NCBI GenBank assembly: GCA_043732185.1
Contig: JAYTHY010000091.1
Span: forward strand, 1 to 26,659
Direction: 5' to 3'
Length of the DNA: 26,659 nucleotides
DNA from: Fibrobacteria bacterium
GTDB taxonomy: Bacteria > Fibrobacterota > Fibrobacteria > UBA11236
In this document: positions 8,696-17,184 of the stretch, one piece after another
How positions within the stretch are numbered: position 1 is the stretch's first letter
How the letters are laid out: the number at the start of each line of letters is the position of its first letter
The notes under the pieces: generated by a model
Databases searched by the model: none
What the model saw: the letters and a program-made list of their open reading frames with translations, nothing else
Told to the model about the DNA's origin: nothing
Program-made: the position numbers and the translations under genes

Positions 8696-9535
8696 ATGAC
8701 GATTTCGGGTACAGCGGTACATCTTTCCACTCTTTTGATGGAAAAAAATCGATGGAATGGGAAGGGGCCCTCCTTGCTTGTTTCCGAATGGATTGAACCT
8801 ATCGGCGAAGCTGGTTTTGCTGGCGTAGACCTTTGGATGAATCATCTCCGGTTCGCATCGCGTTCGGAATGGGACCTTATCAAGGAAATGTCCGTCGAGT
8901 CGGATCTAAATCTCGCTTTTATTTCTGCTGCAATTCCCAGCGATAATTCCGACAAGAGCCAACGTTTGCGCGATGCGGTTCTCGAGGCGTGTGAATTTTT
9001 CCGACCCCATGCGCTCAAGTTTTCCTTAGCCGAACCGGGTCGGACGCCTGCGCCTCTTGATCAATCCCTTGAGTCACTGGAGTTTGTAAAGACATGGTCC
9101 CAAGACTTGCACCGCGAGGTTGATCTGTGCTTTGATCCAGATTCCATTCTAATGACAACAGATTCACTCGCAGCGATACGCGCCGTTCTAAGTGGAAATC
9201 GATTTAAGACTGTGCTGCATCCTTTCCTTCAATCCAAAACCGATTTTGAATCTGTATTGACGGCCGCAGGGGATTTTTTGGCTAATCTGGCCGTACAGGC
9301 CTTTGCCGGCAAGGAACGGATTCTGCTCAAGGAAAACGCGGAAGAAAATGCCTCCATCATATCGGCAGTGCGTGGTAGCGGTTTCAAGGGATCCTGGACG
9401 CTCTGTTATACCAAAGGGGTTGGTCTTCCTGGTGAAGATATGGACGACCTATTTGACAATGCCGAGAACGACCTCAACTTTTTAATCGATACTATGGCGC
9501 GCACTGCCAAGCGCGGTGTTAAGAAAAAAGGCTAA
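8696..9535 (+). CDS. Xylose isomerase-like/AP endonuclease 2 TIM-barrel protein, apparently lacking metal ligands
   Basis: N-terminal IGEAGFAGVDLW and C-terminal VRGSGFKGSWTLCY match the family's A-G-F-D-G-V-E and G-Y-x-G-x-x-x-x-E patterns, but with substitutions at the acidic and His positions. Confidence 0.65.
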   Translation: MTISGTAVHLSTLLMEKNRWNGKGPSLLVSEWIEPIGEAGFAGVDLWMNHLRFASRSEWDLIKEMSVESDLNLAFISAAIPSDNSDKSQRLRDAVLEACEFFRPHALKFSLAEPGRTPAPLDQSLESLEFVKTWSQDLHREVDLCFDPDSILMTTDSLAAIRAVLSGNRFKTVLHPFLQSKTDFESVLTAAGDFLANLAVQAFAGKERILLKENAEENASIISAVRGSGFKGSWTLCYTKGVGLPGEDMDDLFDNAENDLNFLIDTMARTAKRGVKKKG

Positions 9536-9549
9536 GCGGATCGTTTGAC

Positions 9550-9969
9550 TTAACTTGAAGCGCGGCCAAGGATGGCCGAATTCATTTTTTCAAATCCGAC
9601 GAATTTGGTTAAAAAGGAGTAGAGGATGGTGTTCTCCGCCATTTTGGCTCCTTCCATGTCCACATCCACATTATTTATTTCACCAGGCAAAGTGGTGTCC
9701 AAGGCTTTGTAGACAAAGGGATGCAGTTGACTGAAGTCCAAACCCTTTCCCGCTTGCATATGCTCAGGTTTTGTTTGATCGGCTGCGAGTTTCTTTTCCA
9801 GAAGTGCTTTCAGTTGGTCTTCAAAGCTCACTTCTTTCCGCTGGTATCCCGGTGTCTCCACATTCGCCAGATTTTCGGCAATCACGCGGTTTCGTAGGGC
9901 AGTGGCGTCGAGACTTTTATAGGCAAGCTGGCGAGTTGCGCCTCCGAACAAGTATTTTTGAATGTCCAT
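9550..9969 (-). CDS. flgB: Flagellar basal-body rod protein FlgB
   Basis: LDATALRNRVIAENLANVETPGYQRKEVSFE and NNVDVDMEGAKMAENTILY signatures, 139 aa. Confidence 0.95.
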   Translation of the reverse strand: MDIQKYLFGGATRQLAYKSLDATALRNRVIAENLANVETPGYQRKEVSFEDQLKALLEKKLAADQTKPEHMQAGKGLDFSQLHPFVYKALDTTLPGEINNVDVDMEGAKMAENTILYSFLTKFVGFEKMNSAILGRASS

Positions 9970-9982
9970 AAGGTGAAACTAA

Positions 9983-9998
9983 AGCAATCTTTGATCCA
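9983..9998 (-). promoter_or_regulatory. Sigma54-like promoter of flgB
   Basis: Minus strand TGGATC-AAAGA-TTGCT has exact GG-N10-GC spacing and a perfect -12 box. Rod genes are sigma54-dependent in many polar-flagellate systems. Confidence 0.65.
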
Positions 9999-10086
9999 AT
10001 TAGGAGTAAGCGAATTTTCAGGTTTTTCGTCGATTTATAACGGGTTTAAACGACATGGAGGAATAAAAGTACCCCTCCTACCGGTT

Positions 10087-10113
10087 TTATCGGCAATTTC
10101 TCCCCAATCCATA
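10087..10113 (-). promoter_or_regulatory. Sigma28 (FliA)-like promoter upstream of flgB
   Basis: Minus strand TATGGATT-N11-GCCGATAA. The -10 is perfect and the -35 matches TAAAGTTT at 5 of 8 positions with canonical spacing, oriented toward flgB. Confidence 0.5.
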
Positions 10114-10443
10114 AGTTTTTTTCTTAGCCCCATCCCTTGCGACTTGAGCACGAGAATAAACCTCCTTTCCGGCTGGCAATACCACTCCTTGATTAACTGG
10201 AGAGCCTGCTAGGCATTAGTGGGTCCGGATTAGTTTCCGGATACGGCGTGATGGATTAGATACGTTCGAAATTTCTGCCTTATTCATGGACATGAACCAA
10301 GCCCGGCGTTGTTCCAGCGCGGCCCGGGAATGATAAAGCTGGTATTTTAGATCTTGGTCAAACCGTCAAGGTCCTTTTGGATTGATTTAGGCTATAATTT
10401 TAGAACTGTGCTTTTCCGATTGCCGTTGAACTATGCTTTTTCA

Positions 10444-12114
10444 ATGAGGTGGACTACCGTTTACTTATGCATCGGACTGGCCGCGGATTCAGGATTCTCG
10501 GCTCTTCCCAATTCGCAAGTCCGGCCCGTGACCATACCTGCTCTTCGGGAATGGACGGACGCTCCCGGGTCTTACACCTTTTCTTCCGCCTCCCGTCTTG
10601 TCATAACTGGGTCGGGCTCATCGGAAACCACACAAACGGCCAACACATTGGCGAAGGACTTGCAATTCCTTTCCGGTTTCAAGATCCCCGTAACGTCTGG
10701 TGCCACTCGCGCGGGAGACATCATTTTGACACTCGACCCCGCCGGTTCATTTGGAGGGGAGGAGGGTTATCGCTTCAACATCGCGGATCGCATAGAAATC
10801 ATCGCCGGCACTGCGGTGGGTTCCTTTTACGGTACGAGGACGGTGCTGCAATTGTTGCGGCAAAATTACACGATTGGCGCGGGCAATGCGCGGGATTGGC
10901 CCGATTATAATGAGCGGGGCCTGATGGTCGATGTAGGACGTAAGTTTTTTTCTATGGCTTGGTTAAAGAACCATATTGTGGATCTGAGTTATTTGAAACT
11001 GAATCTCCTGCACCTGCACCTTTCCGACGACCTGGGTATCCGCCTCGCCTCGACAAAACATCCGGAAATTGTTTCTCCGCAATTCTATTCCAAAGCCGAT
11101 ATCCGCGAACTTGTCAATCTCGCCACGGAATATCATGTGCAGATTATTCCGGAAATAGACGTCCCTGGCCATACCGGCTGGCTCAGAAACTCCCATACGG
11201 ATCTCATATTGGGATCCAATATTCTTGGTACTTCTTACATGGATATCACCAAGCCGGCGGCCTTCAACCTGGTCAAGGATATCCTGGAAGAATACCTGCC
11301 GGAATTTCCTTCCCCCTATTGGCATACGGGTGCGGATGAATTTATCCTTGCAGCCAACTTTGGCGATTATCCACAGCTCGATAGCTATGCTAAATCCCGC
11401 TACGGCCAAGGAGCAAATGGTATCGATGCCTATCTCGGATTCTTGAATTCGATCAATGACATTGTCCGCAGCCATGGAAAAAGGCTCCGGACCTGGGCCG
11501 ACGCCTTTGAGTTCAACTCCATCAATCGGAACTCTCCGGTTCCACTCGATACGTCCATCGTTCAGGAGATTTGGAATGCCTACCAGGATCCGAAAGTGAT
11601 CATGGGAAAAGGTTTTTCGATCCAGAATTCGAGCTTTCATCCCACCTACTATAACCTCGGTTCTTATCAAGGCGAGGTCGATACGCTATATGAAGATTGG
11701 GCACCGCATAAAAGAATGGGGGGATGGGAACGCGCGGGTTGGGGATACCCAATTTCCGTCGCGCCTCTCGCCTCCAAACTCACAGGCGCGAAGTTGAGCA
11801 TCTGGTGTGACCAAGCCACGGCTGAAACGGAAGAACAAGTCGCCGATGGTATCCGCTTCCGTCTCCGGGCCATTGCCCAAAACTGCTGGGGTTCCCCGCA
11901 CCTAGTTACCGGTTATCCAGCATTTGCGGCTCTTGTGGACAGGATCGGACGTGCCCCCGGATATGGAAAGGATATTGCCGTTTCCATAGCAATTCATACC
12001 AGGTCGGAATGTGCTAAAGCTGCTCTGCAAAATGGGCCCGGAGTCTATGACGCTGCATTCTTTCCCAGTAAAGCCACCTGGTTCGACCTGCAAGGCCGCA
12101 CCCACGAATATTAA
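10444..12114 (+). CDS. Secreted GH20 beta-N-acetylhexosaminidase / lacto-N-biosidase-like glycoside hydrolase
   Basis: EEGYRF, GSFYGTRTVLQL, DWPDYNERGLMVDVGRKFF, LHLHLSDD, IIPEIDVPGH, catalytic WHTGADE and SIWCD. ATG 10444 gives a signal peptide (MRWTTVYLCIGLAADSGFSA); TATAAT at 10393-10398. The ORF track starts at 10354. Confidence 0.92.
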   Translation: MRWTTVYLCIGLAADSGFSALPNSQVRPVTIPALREWTDAPGSYTFSSASRLVITGSGSSETTQTANTLAKDLQFLSGFKIPVTSGATRAGDIILTLDPAGSFGGEEGYRFNIADRIEIIAGTAVGSFYGTRTVLQLLRQNYTIGAGNARDWPDYNERGLMVDVGRKFFSMAWLKNHIVDLSYLKLNLLHLHLSDDLGIRLASTKHPEIVSPQFYSKADIRELVNLATEYHVQIIPEIDVPGHTGWLRNSHTDLILGSNILGTSYMDITKPAAFNLVKDILEEYLPEFPSPYWHTGADEFILAANFGDYPQLDSYAKSRYGQGANGIDAYLGFLNSINDIVRSHGKRLRTWADAFEFNSINRNSPVPLDTSIVQEIWNAYQDPKVIMGKGFSIQNSSFHPTYYNLGSYQGEVDTLYEDWAPHKRMGGWERAGWGYPISVAPLASKLTGAKLSIWCDQATAETEEQVADGIRFRLRAIAQNCWGSPHLVTGYPAFAALVDRIGRAPGYGKDIAVSIAIHTRSECAKAALQNGPGVYDAAFFPSKATWFDLQGRTHEY

Positions 12115-12364
12115 AATCGTCATCTCCGTCCGCTAAAACCGCTACACTGCTTGCCCGGTTCCTTGGCAACTTCGCCAATGTCAACACGCGAATAGGGAGG
12201 TCCCGAATAGGTTGCGGTCCATGCCAAAGGGGGGCCGTTGCCCCGAATTTTCAGTACTGTTTAATATTGCTGCAAAATCGATGCACTATGCACCAGTTGT
12301 TTTAGTGTGCTGGCCACGCTCCATAAAATTATGTTAATGGGAGGAATTTAAATCAGCAAGCTTC

Positions 12365-12380
12365 TGGCACTGACTTTGCT
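12365..12380 (+). promoter_or_regulatory. Sigma54 (-24/-12) promoter of clpB
   Basis: (C)TGGCAC-TGACT-TTGCT, a perfect consensus match, separated from the ATG by only 12 nt. Confidence 0.8.
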
Positions 12381-12392
12381 TGAAAGGATGAT

Positions 12393-15104
12393 ATGAGTGA
12401 ATTTACCCATCTATCCCAGGCGGCTTTTCAGAAAGCACAAGAAATAAAAATGTCCCGGAGGGATCTTGAACTCACCTCTTTGCATCTAGCTGCGGGGTTG
12501 ATGCGAGCCGCTTTCGATTTCTTGGAGCCCTCCTTGACCGATGCCGGTGTCAATGCGGTCGCTTTTTCGGAAGATCTGGAATCGGCAGTAACCAAATTAC
12601 CGAAAGCGCCGGAAGGTGGTGATGAGGATTTAACCGCACCTGATGTCAACAAAGTTTTGCGCGGAGCCGGACAAATCAGTTTGGATATGGGCGATACGGT
12701 AGTGACCGGCGAGCATCTGTTGCTTGCATTGGTTCAAAAATCGGAAATGTTCGATCTCAAAAATATATTTGCCCAGCATAATTTGAAATTCAAACCCTTA
12801 AAGGATGCCATCATGAAAAACAGAAATTCCGGCGGCTCAAACGGAAATGGAAACAGCCAAGGACCGGGCGGCCAAGGACCGGGCGGCCAAGGGCCGGGCG
12901 CGCATTCCCAGAATGCCGAAAATGAATTCAACGTGCTTCAAAAATACGGAATGGAACTGGTGGCCCTGGCTAGAGAAGGCAAATTGGATCCGGTGATAGG
13001 GAGGGAGGAAGAGGTCAGGCGCGTCATACGCATCCTTTCGCGTAAAACCAAAAACAATCCGGTGCTGGTGGGTGAGCCGGGCGTGGGAAAAACCGCTATT
13101 GTGGAAGGTCTGGCCCAGAGGATAGTCAAGGGAGATGTCCCGGAATCACTGAAAGGAAAAAAGATCTACAGCCTCGATATGGGAAGCCTGATTGCGGGCG
13201 CCAAATACAAGGGGGAATTTGAAGAAAGACTCAAAGCCGTGCTCAAAGAGTTGGAGAATGCGGGTGGCAACACCCTGTTGTTCATCGATGAGTTGCATAC
13301 CATAGTCGGCGCTGGAAAAAGTGAAGGTTCCATGGATGTGGGAAATTTGCTCAAGCCCAAACTCGCCCGCGGGGAGCTGCATTGCATCGGCGCCACTACC
13401 TTGAACGAATACAAATCCCATATTGAAAAGGATCCGGCTTTGGAACGTCGCTTTCAGCCCGTAATGGTACTTGAGCCAAGTGTGGAGGAAAGCATCTCCA
13501 TTCTTCGCGGCATCAAGGATCGCTTCGATCACCATCACGGCGTGCGCATCCAGGACAACGCCATTGTAGCCGCGGTTAAATTATCCGCACGATATATTGC
13601 CGACCGGTTTTTACCGGACAAGGCCATCGACCTTATGGATGAAGCGGGTGCCATGGTTAAAACCCAGTTGGATACGGCTCCGGAACTGCTCGACACGCTA
13701 AGTAGACGACTGCTGCAGTTGCAAATCGAGGAAAAAGCCCTTAAGAAAGAAAAAGATGAGAAAAGCCGTGATCGGCTGCAAACTTTGCAAAAGGAAATTA
13801 CCGGTCTACGCGAAGAGGTAGAGTCCATGCAGCGTCAGTGGGAGGCAAGGGCCAAACAAATCAAACGCATTCGTGAATTGCAAGTGGATGTTGATAGTGT
13901 TAAAAGGCAGGTTGAAAAAGCGGAATCGGAATATGATCTCAACCGCGCAGCCGAACTTAAATATCAAACATTACGCGATGCCGAAAAAAAATTGCAAACC
14001 GCTATTGCCCAATCTTCACAAGCCACGGTGGGTGGCGTTCAGTTCCATGAAGAGGTGACGGAAGATGAAATAGCGGAAGTGGTTGCACGCTGGACGGGAA
14101 TACCGGTAACCCGGCTTAAAGAGACTGAGAAAGACAAATTGCTTAATCTTCCTGCACATTTGGCTAAGCGCGTGGTGGGTCAAGAGGCTGCAATTATGGC
14201 ATTGTCCAATGCCATATTGCGCAACCGTTCTGGTCTGGCTCGGGAAAACCGTCCAATCGGCAGCTTTCTATTTCTGGGACCTACCGGAGTAGGCAAAACG
14301 GAATTGACCAAAGCCATAGCGGAATTTCTGTTTGACAGCGAAGAATATGTTATCCGACTCGACATGAGCGAGTACATGGAGAAACATTCCGTATCCAAAT
14401 TGATCGGCGCGCCTCCCGGCTACGTAGGCTATGAAGAAGGCGGCCAATTGACTGAGGCAGTGCGTCGCAAGCCCTATGCGGTCATATTATTTGACGAAGT
14501 GGAAAAAGCCCATCCCGACGTCTTCAACGCGTTGCTACAGGTTTTCGACGAAGGGCGGCTTTCCGATTCTCAAGGACGAACAGTAAATTTCAAGAACACG
14601 ATCATCGTCATGACTTCCAATATCGGGTCACAGAAATTTGCTGAAGCCAAGCATCCAGTGACCGTGGAAGAATTAATGCCGGATATCCGCAAGTTCTTCC
14701 GCATCGAGTTCATCAACCGCATTGATGAGATCATTGCTTTCCAGGGATTGCAGAAAGAACAGCTTGTAACGATTGCCAAGCTTCGCTTTTCCGATTTGGT
14801 CAAGCGCCTGGAAGAACGGGGAATTACTGCCGAGCTCAAGCCAGCGGCGGCTAAAGCGATTGCCGAGTTGTCCTATGACCCTCAGTTTGGTGCGCGCCCA
14901 ATCAACCGATTCCTTCAGACGAGATTGGAGAATCCTTTGAGTCGAATGATAATTGGCGGAGAGCTTGGGTCTGGTCAGCATTTGAGCGTAGACTATCAGA
15001 ACGGAGATTTTGTATTTAGCCATACTGCGCTACCGTTGCCGGATTCCTTAGTAACAGAAGCCACTGCTTCAGATTCGACTGGTTTTTATTCACACACCAA
15101 ATAA
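12393..15104 (+). CDS. clpB: ATP-dependent chaperone ClpB
   Basis: Clp N-domain, NBD1 ([34 protein letters not shown]), long coiled-coil M-domain ([10 protein letters not shown]) and NBD2 ([34 protein letters not shown]). No IGF/LGF ClpP-docking loop seen. Confidence 0.96.
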   Translation: MSEFTHLSQAAFQKAQEIKMSRRDLELTSLHLAAGLMRAAFDFLEPSLTDAGVNAVAFSEDLESAVTKLPKAPEGGDEDLTAPDVNKVLRGAGQISLDMGDTVVTGEHLLLALVQKSEMFDLKNIFAQHNLKFKPLKDAIMKNRNSGGSNGNGNSQGPGGQGPGGQGPGAHSQNAENEFNVLQKYGMELVALAREGKLDPVIGREEEVRRVIRILSRKTKNNPVLVGEPGVGKTAIVEGLAQRIVKGDVPESLKGKKIYSLDMGSLIAGAKYKGEFEERLKAVLKELENAGGNTLLFIDELHTIVGAGKSEGSMDVGNLLKPKLARGELHCIGATTLNEYKSHIEKDPALERRFQPVMVLEPSVEESISILRGIKDRFDHHHGVRIQDNAIVAAVKLSARYIADRFLPDKAIDLMDEAGAMVKTQLDTAPELLDTLSRRLLQLQIEEKALKKEKDEKSRDRLQTLQKEITGLREEVESMQRQWEARAKQIKRIRELQVDVDSVKRQVEKAESEYDLNRAAELKYQTLRDAEKKLQTAIAQSSQATVGGVQFHEEVTEDEIAEVVARWTGIPVTRLKETEKDKLLNLPAHLAKRVVGQEAAIMALSNAILRNRSGLARENRPIGSFLFLGPTGVGKTELTKAIAEFLFDSEEYVIRLDMSEYMEKHSVSKLIGAPPGYVGYEEGGQLTEAVRRKPYAVILFDEVEKAHPDVFNALLQVFDEGRLSDSQGRTVNFKNTIIVMTSNIGSQKFAEAKHPVTVEELMPDIRKFFRIEFINRIDEIIAFQGLQKEQLVTIAKLRFSDLVKRLEERGITAELKPAAAKAIAELSYDPQFGARPINRFLQTRLENPLSRMIIGGELGSGQHLSVDYQNGDFVFSHTALPLPDSLVTEATASDSTGFYSHTK
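12856..12900 (+). repeat. In-frame 15-bp tandem repeat x3 encoding (QGPGG)n in the ClpB linker
   Basis: GCCAAGGACCGGGCG GCCAAGGACCGGGCG GCCAAGGGCCGGGCG: two exact copies and one with a single mismatch. Confidence 0.95.
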
Positions 15105-15218
15105 AGCCTTCGGAGGTACATTCCAATAAAATGAGCTGCTGATCTCCAGTTAGCTGGCTTTGTCCTTAGCCTTTTTTAGGAAGGATGATAGGAATGGTAC
15201 CTTAGTAGGTAAAGAATT

Positions 15219-17159
15219 ATGGTACAGCCTAGGACTTACCTGCTTATTGTTTTGTTAAACATCTTTATCTGTTTAACATGGGCCGATCGGGTTGTAGAAA
15301 ATTTTGAAACACCTAGTCTGCCAACCGCATGGACCTTTTCTAACGGTGCAGAATTTCCAGGCGCGACTGGCACGCTTACCCAAACGGTAGGACAAAATGG
15401 AATCGGAAAAGCCGCACGACTGACAGCAGATTTTTCCAAGGGCGGGAATTATGTTTCTGCAACCTATCCTCTCCCCATACCCGGCAACGCCAAGGTGGTA
15501 TCCTTTTTAGCGCGGCTTGATGCTGGTGCCAGAGTTGTGGTTAGGGTTACCGATCTGACAAGTCAAGTCTTGCAATATTCTCTTTCTCGTCCACTTACGG
15601 CGTTAGACCAAGAACATTGGTTTCTGCGTACTTTTACATTGGATGTGCCTTCTTCTCATTTCGGCGGCGCAAATGACGGGGTGCTTCATCAGCCCATTAA
15701 GCAAATCGCCTTTTTGATCGAACCAATGACCTGGTGGCGTGGAGGAGAAAAACCGACTGGAATCCTTCGACTGGATTTCGATGATATTGCTTTTCTCGAC
15801 AGTCTTCAAACGGATATTGACCTAGCTGCCCAGCCAACCGTTTTTGCTGGTACTCCAACATTGGACAACCTTGGGGTCAATATCCATTTCACAAAAAATG
15901 ATCCGGCACTGGACGCGCTCGCGAATACGGGCATGCAATGGTTGCGCATGGATATTGGCTGGTATGGAATCGAAAGACAAAAGGGTGTTTACGATTTTTC
16001 CGCGTCCGATGAGCTCTACAATTCTGCAAAGGCCCGGAACCTGAAACTTCACCTGATATTGGATTATTCCAACTCGCTTTATCAAAATGGACCTCCAACC
16101 ACCGCATTGGCTATTGCGGCCTTCCGCGCCTTCGCCACGGCTACAGCCGTGCATTTCAAGAATAAATCTGTGCAATACGAAATTTGGAACGAACCGAATA
16201 TCGTCGGGTTCTGGAACCCACCTGATCCTTTAGCCTATGCGGCATTATGCAAAGAAGCTATTGCTGGCATTCATGCTGGAGATCCAATGGCGCTGGTATC
16301 CACGGCTGGGACCTCGGAAATCGATTGGCCTTTTCAACAAAAACTCATGATAGCGGGTGGAGTAGTTGGAGCCAATGCCATCGGTGTCCATCCGTATCGC
16401 GCTACAGAACCAGAAACCATGGCGGAGGAGGTATTGTTGTTGCGTTCCTTGGTAAAGATCTCCTTTCCATCCAATACGCCGCCGCTTTGGGAAACGGAAT
16501 GGGGCTATACCGCTACAAATTTTGGAGTGGGAAATTCGGATTCCGCCCTGGCTTTGCAAGGACGTTATGATGTTCGAGAAGTCCTGTCAGTCTGGTCCGT
16601 AGGCTTTCCCTTCATCATACTCTATGACCTTTTCAATGATGGCACGGATTCTTTGGAACCGGAACACAACTTTGGCCTCCTCAACCGCGACTATACCGAG
16701 AAACCGGCAATGACGGCGATCCGAACCCTAACCACTCGAACTAAGGGTTTTGCTGCCAAAGGCTTTCTACCTGCGCGGTTGTCCAATGTGCATGCGCTTA
16801 AACTGGAAAATGCTTCAGAAATCCTTGTGATTTTATGGCTGAACAAACAAAATGAATTTAAGGCCCTGAATGCCATTGACTCTATACCCGTTGCATTTTT
16901 CATAAGACCCATATCGATTTGGAATCATCTAGGAAAAAGTTTAAATCCGCCATTGATGGATAAGCAGGGCAAGTACACTTGGACAGCAGGGTATGAACCC
17001 GTTTACTTGCTTTTTTCGAAATCCGGATCACGAATTAACCTAGCGAAATCTAAAAATCGTAGAAGTATTTCCAGTCCGGTATTCCTTGAAACAGATGCGG
17101 GAAGGGCACGTGACTTTTCCGGCAGGGAAGTCAAGACATCGAAAAAGGTTCGATGGTAA
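15219..17159 (+). CDS. Secreted clan GH-A glycoside hydrolase (GH39/GH5-like) with N-terminal CBM11-like beta-sandwich
   Basis: Signal peptide, LGVNIHF, WLRMDIGW, acid/base YEIWNEPN, GVHPYR, nucleophile LWETEWGY and EHNFGLL...KPA. The N-terminal module ends in LDFDDIAF. Confidence 0.85.
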   Translation: MVQPRTYLLIVLLNIFICLTWADRVVENFETPSLPTAWTFSNGAEFPGATGTLTQTVGQNGIGKAARLTADFSKGGNYVSATYPLPIPGNAKVVSFLARLDAGARVVVRVTDLTSQVLQYSLSRPLTALDQEHWFLRTFTLDVPSSHFGGANDGVLHQPIKQIAFLIEPMTWWRGGEKPTGILRLDFDDIAFLDSLQTDIDLAAQPTVFAGTPTLDNLGVNIHFTKNDPALDALANTGMQWLRMDIGWYGIERQKGVYDFSASDELYNSAKARNLKLHLILDYSNSLYQNGPPTTALAIAAFRAFATATAVHFKNKSVQYEIWNEPNIVGFWNPPDPLAYAALCKEAIAGIHAGDPMALVSTAGTSEIDWPFQQKLMIAGGVVGANAIGVHPYRATEPETMAEEVLLLRSLVKISFPSNTPPLWETEWGYTATNFGVGNSDSALALQGRYDVREVLSVWSVGFPFIILYDLFNDGTDSLEPEHNFGLLNRDYTEKPAMTAIRTLTTRTKGFAAKGFLPARLSNVHALKLENASEILVILWLNKQNEFKALNAIDSIPVAFFIRPISIWNHLGKSLNPPLMDKQGKYTWTAGYEPVYLLFSKSGSRINLAKSKNRRSISSPVFLETDAGRARDFSGREVKTSKKVRW

Positions 17160-17184
17160 AATGTTTTTAACCGATGTACACCTT

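Noticed and set aside
9958..10212. 84-aa plus-strand ORF in the flgB upstream region
   Set aside because: Overlaps the flgB start and promoter motifs, with no SD and no recognisable features.
9970..10440. c-di-GMP riboswitch or 6S RNA in the long intergenic region
   Set aside because: I could not match the GEMM core or a long 6S-like duplex by eye; an Rfam scan is needed.
10963..11670. 235-aa minus-strand ORF
   Set aside because: Antisense shadow of the GH20 gene.
12360..12392. CIRCE/HrcA operator at clpB (TGGCACT resembles a half-site)
   Set aside because: No second GAGTGCTAA arm; sigma54 explains the sequence fully.
15105..15215. Rho-independent terminator after clpB
   Set aside because: Only weak, interrupted stems without a properly placed U-tract.
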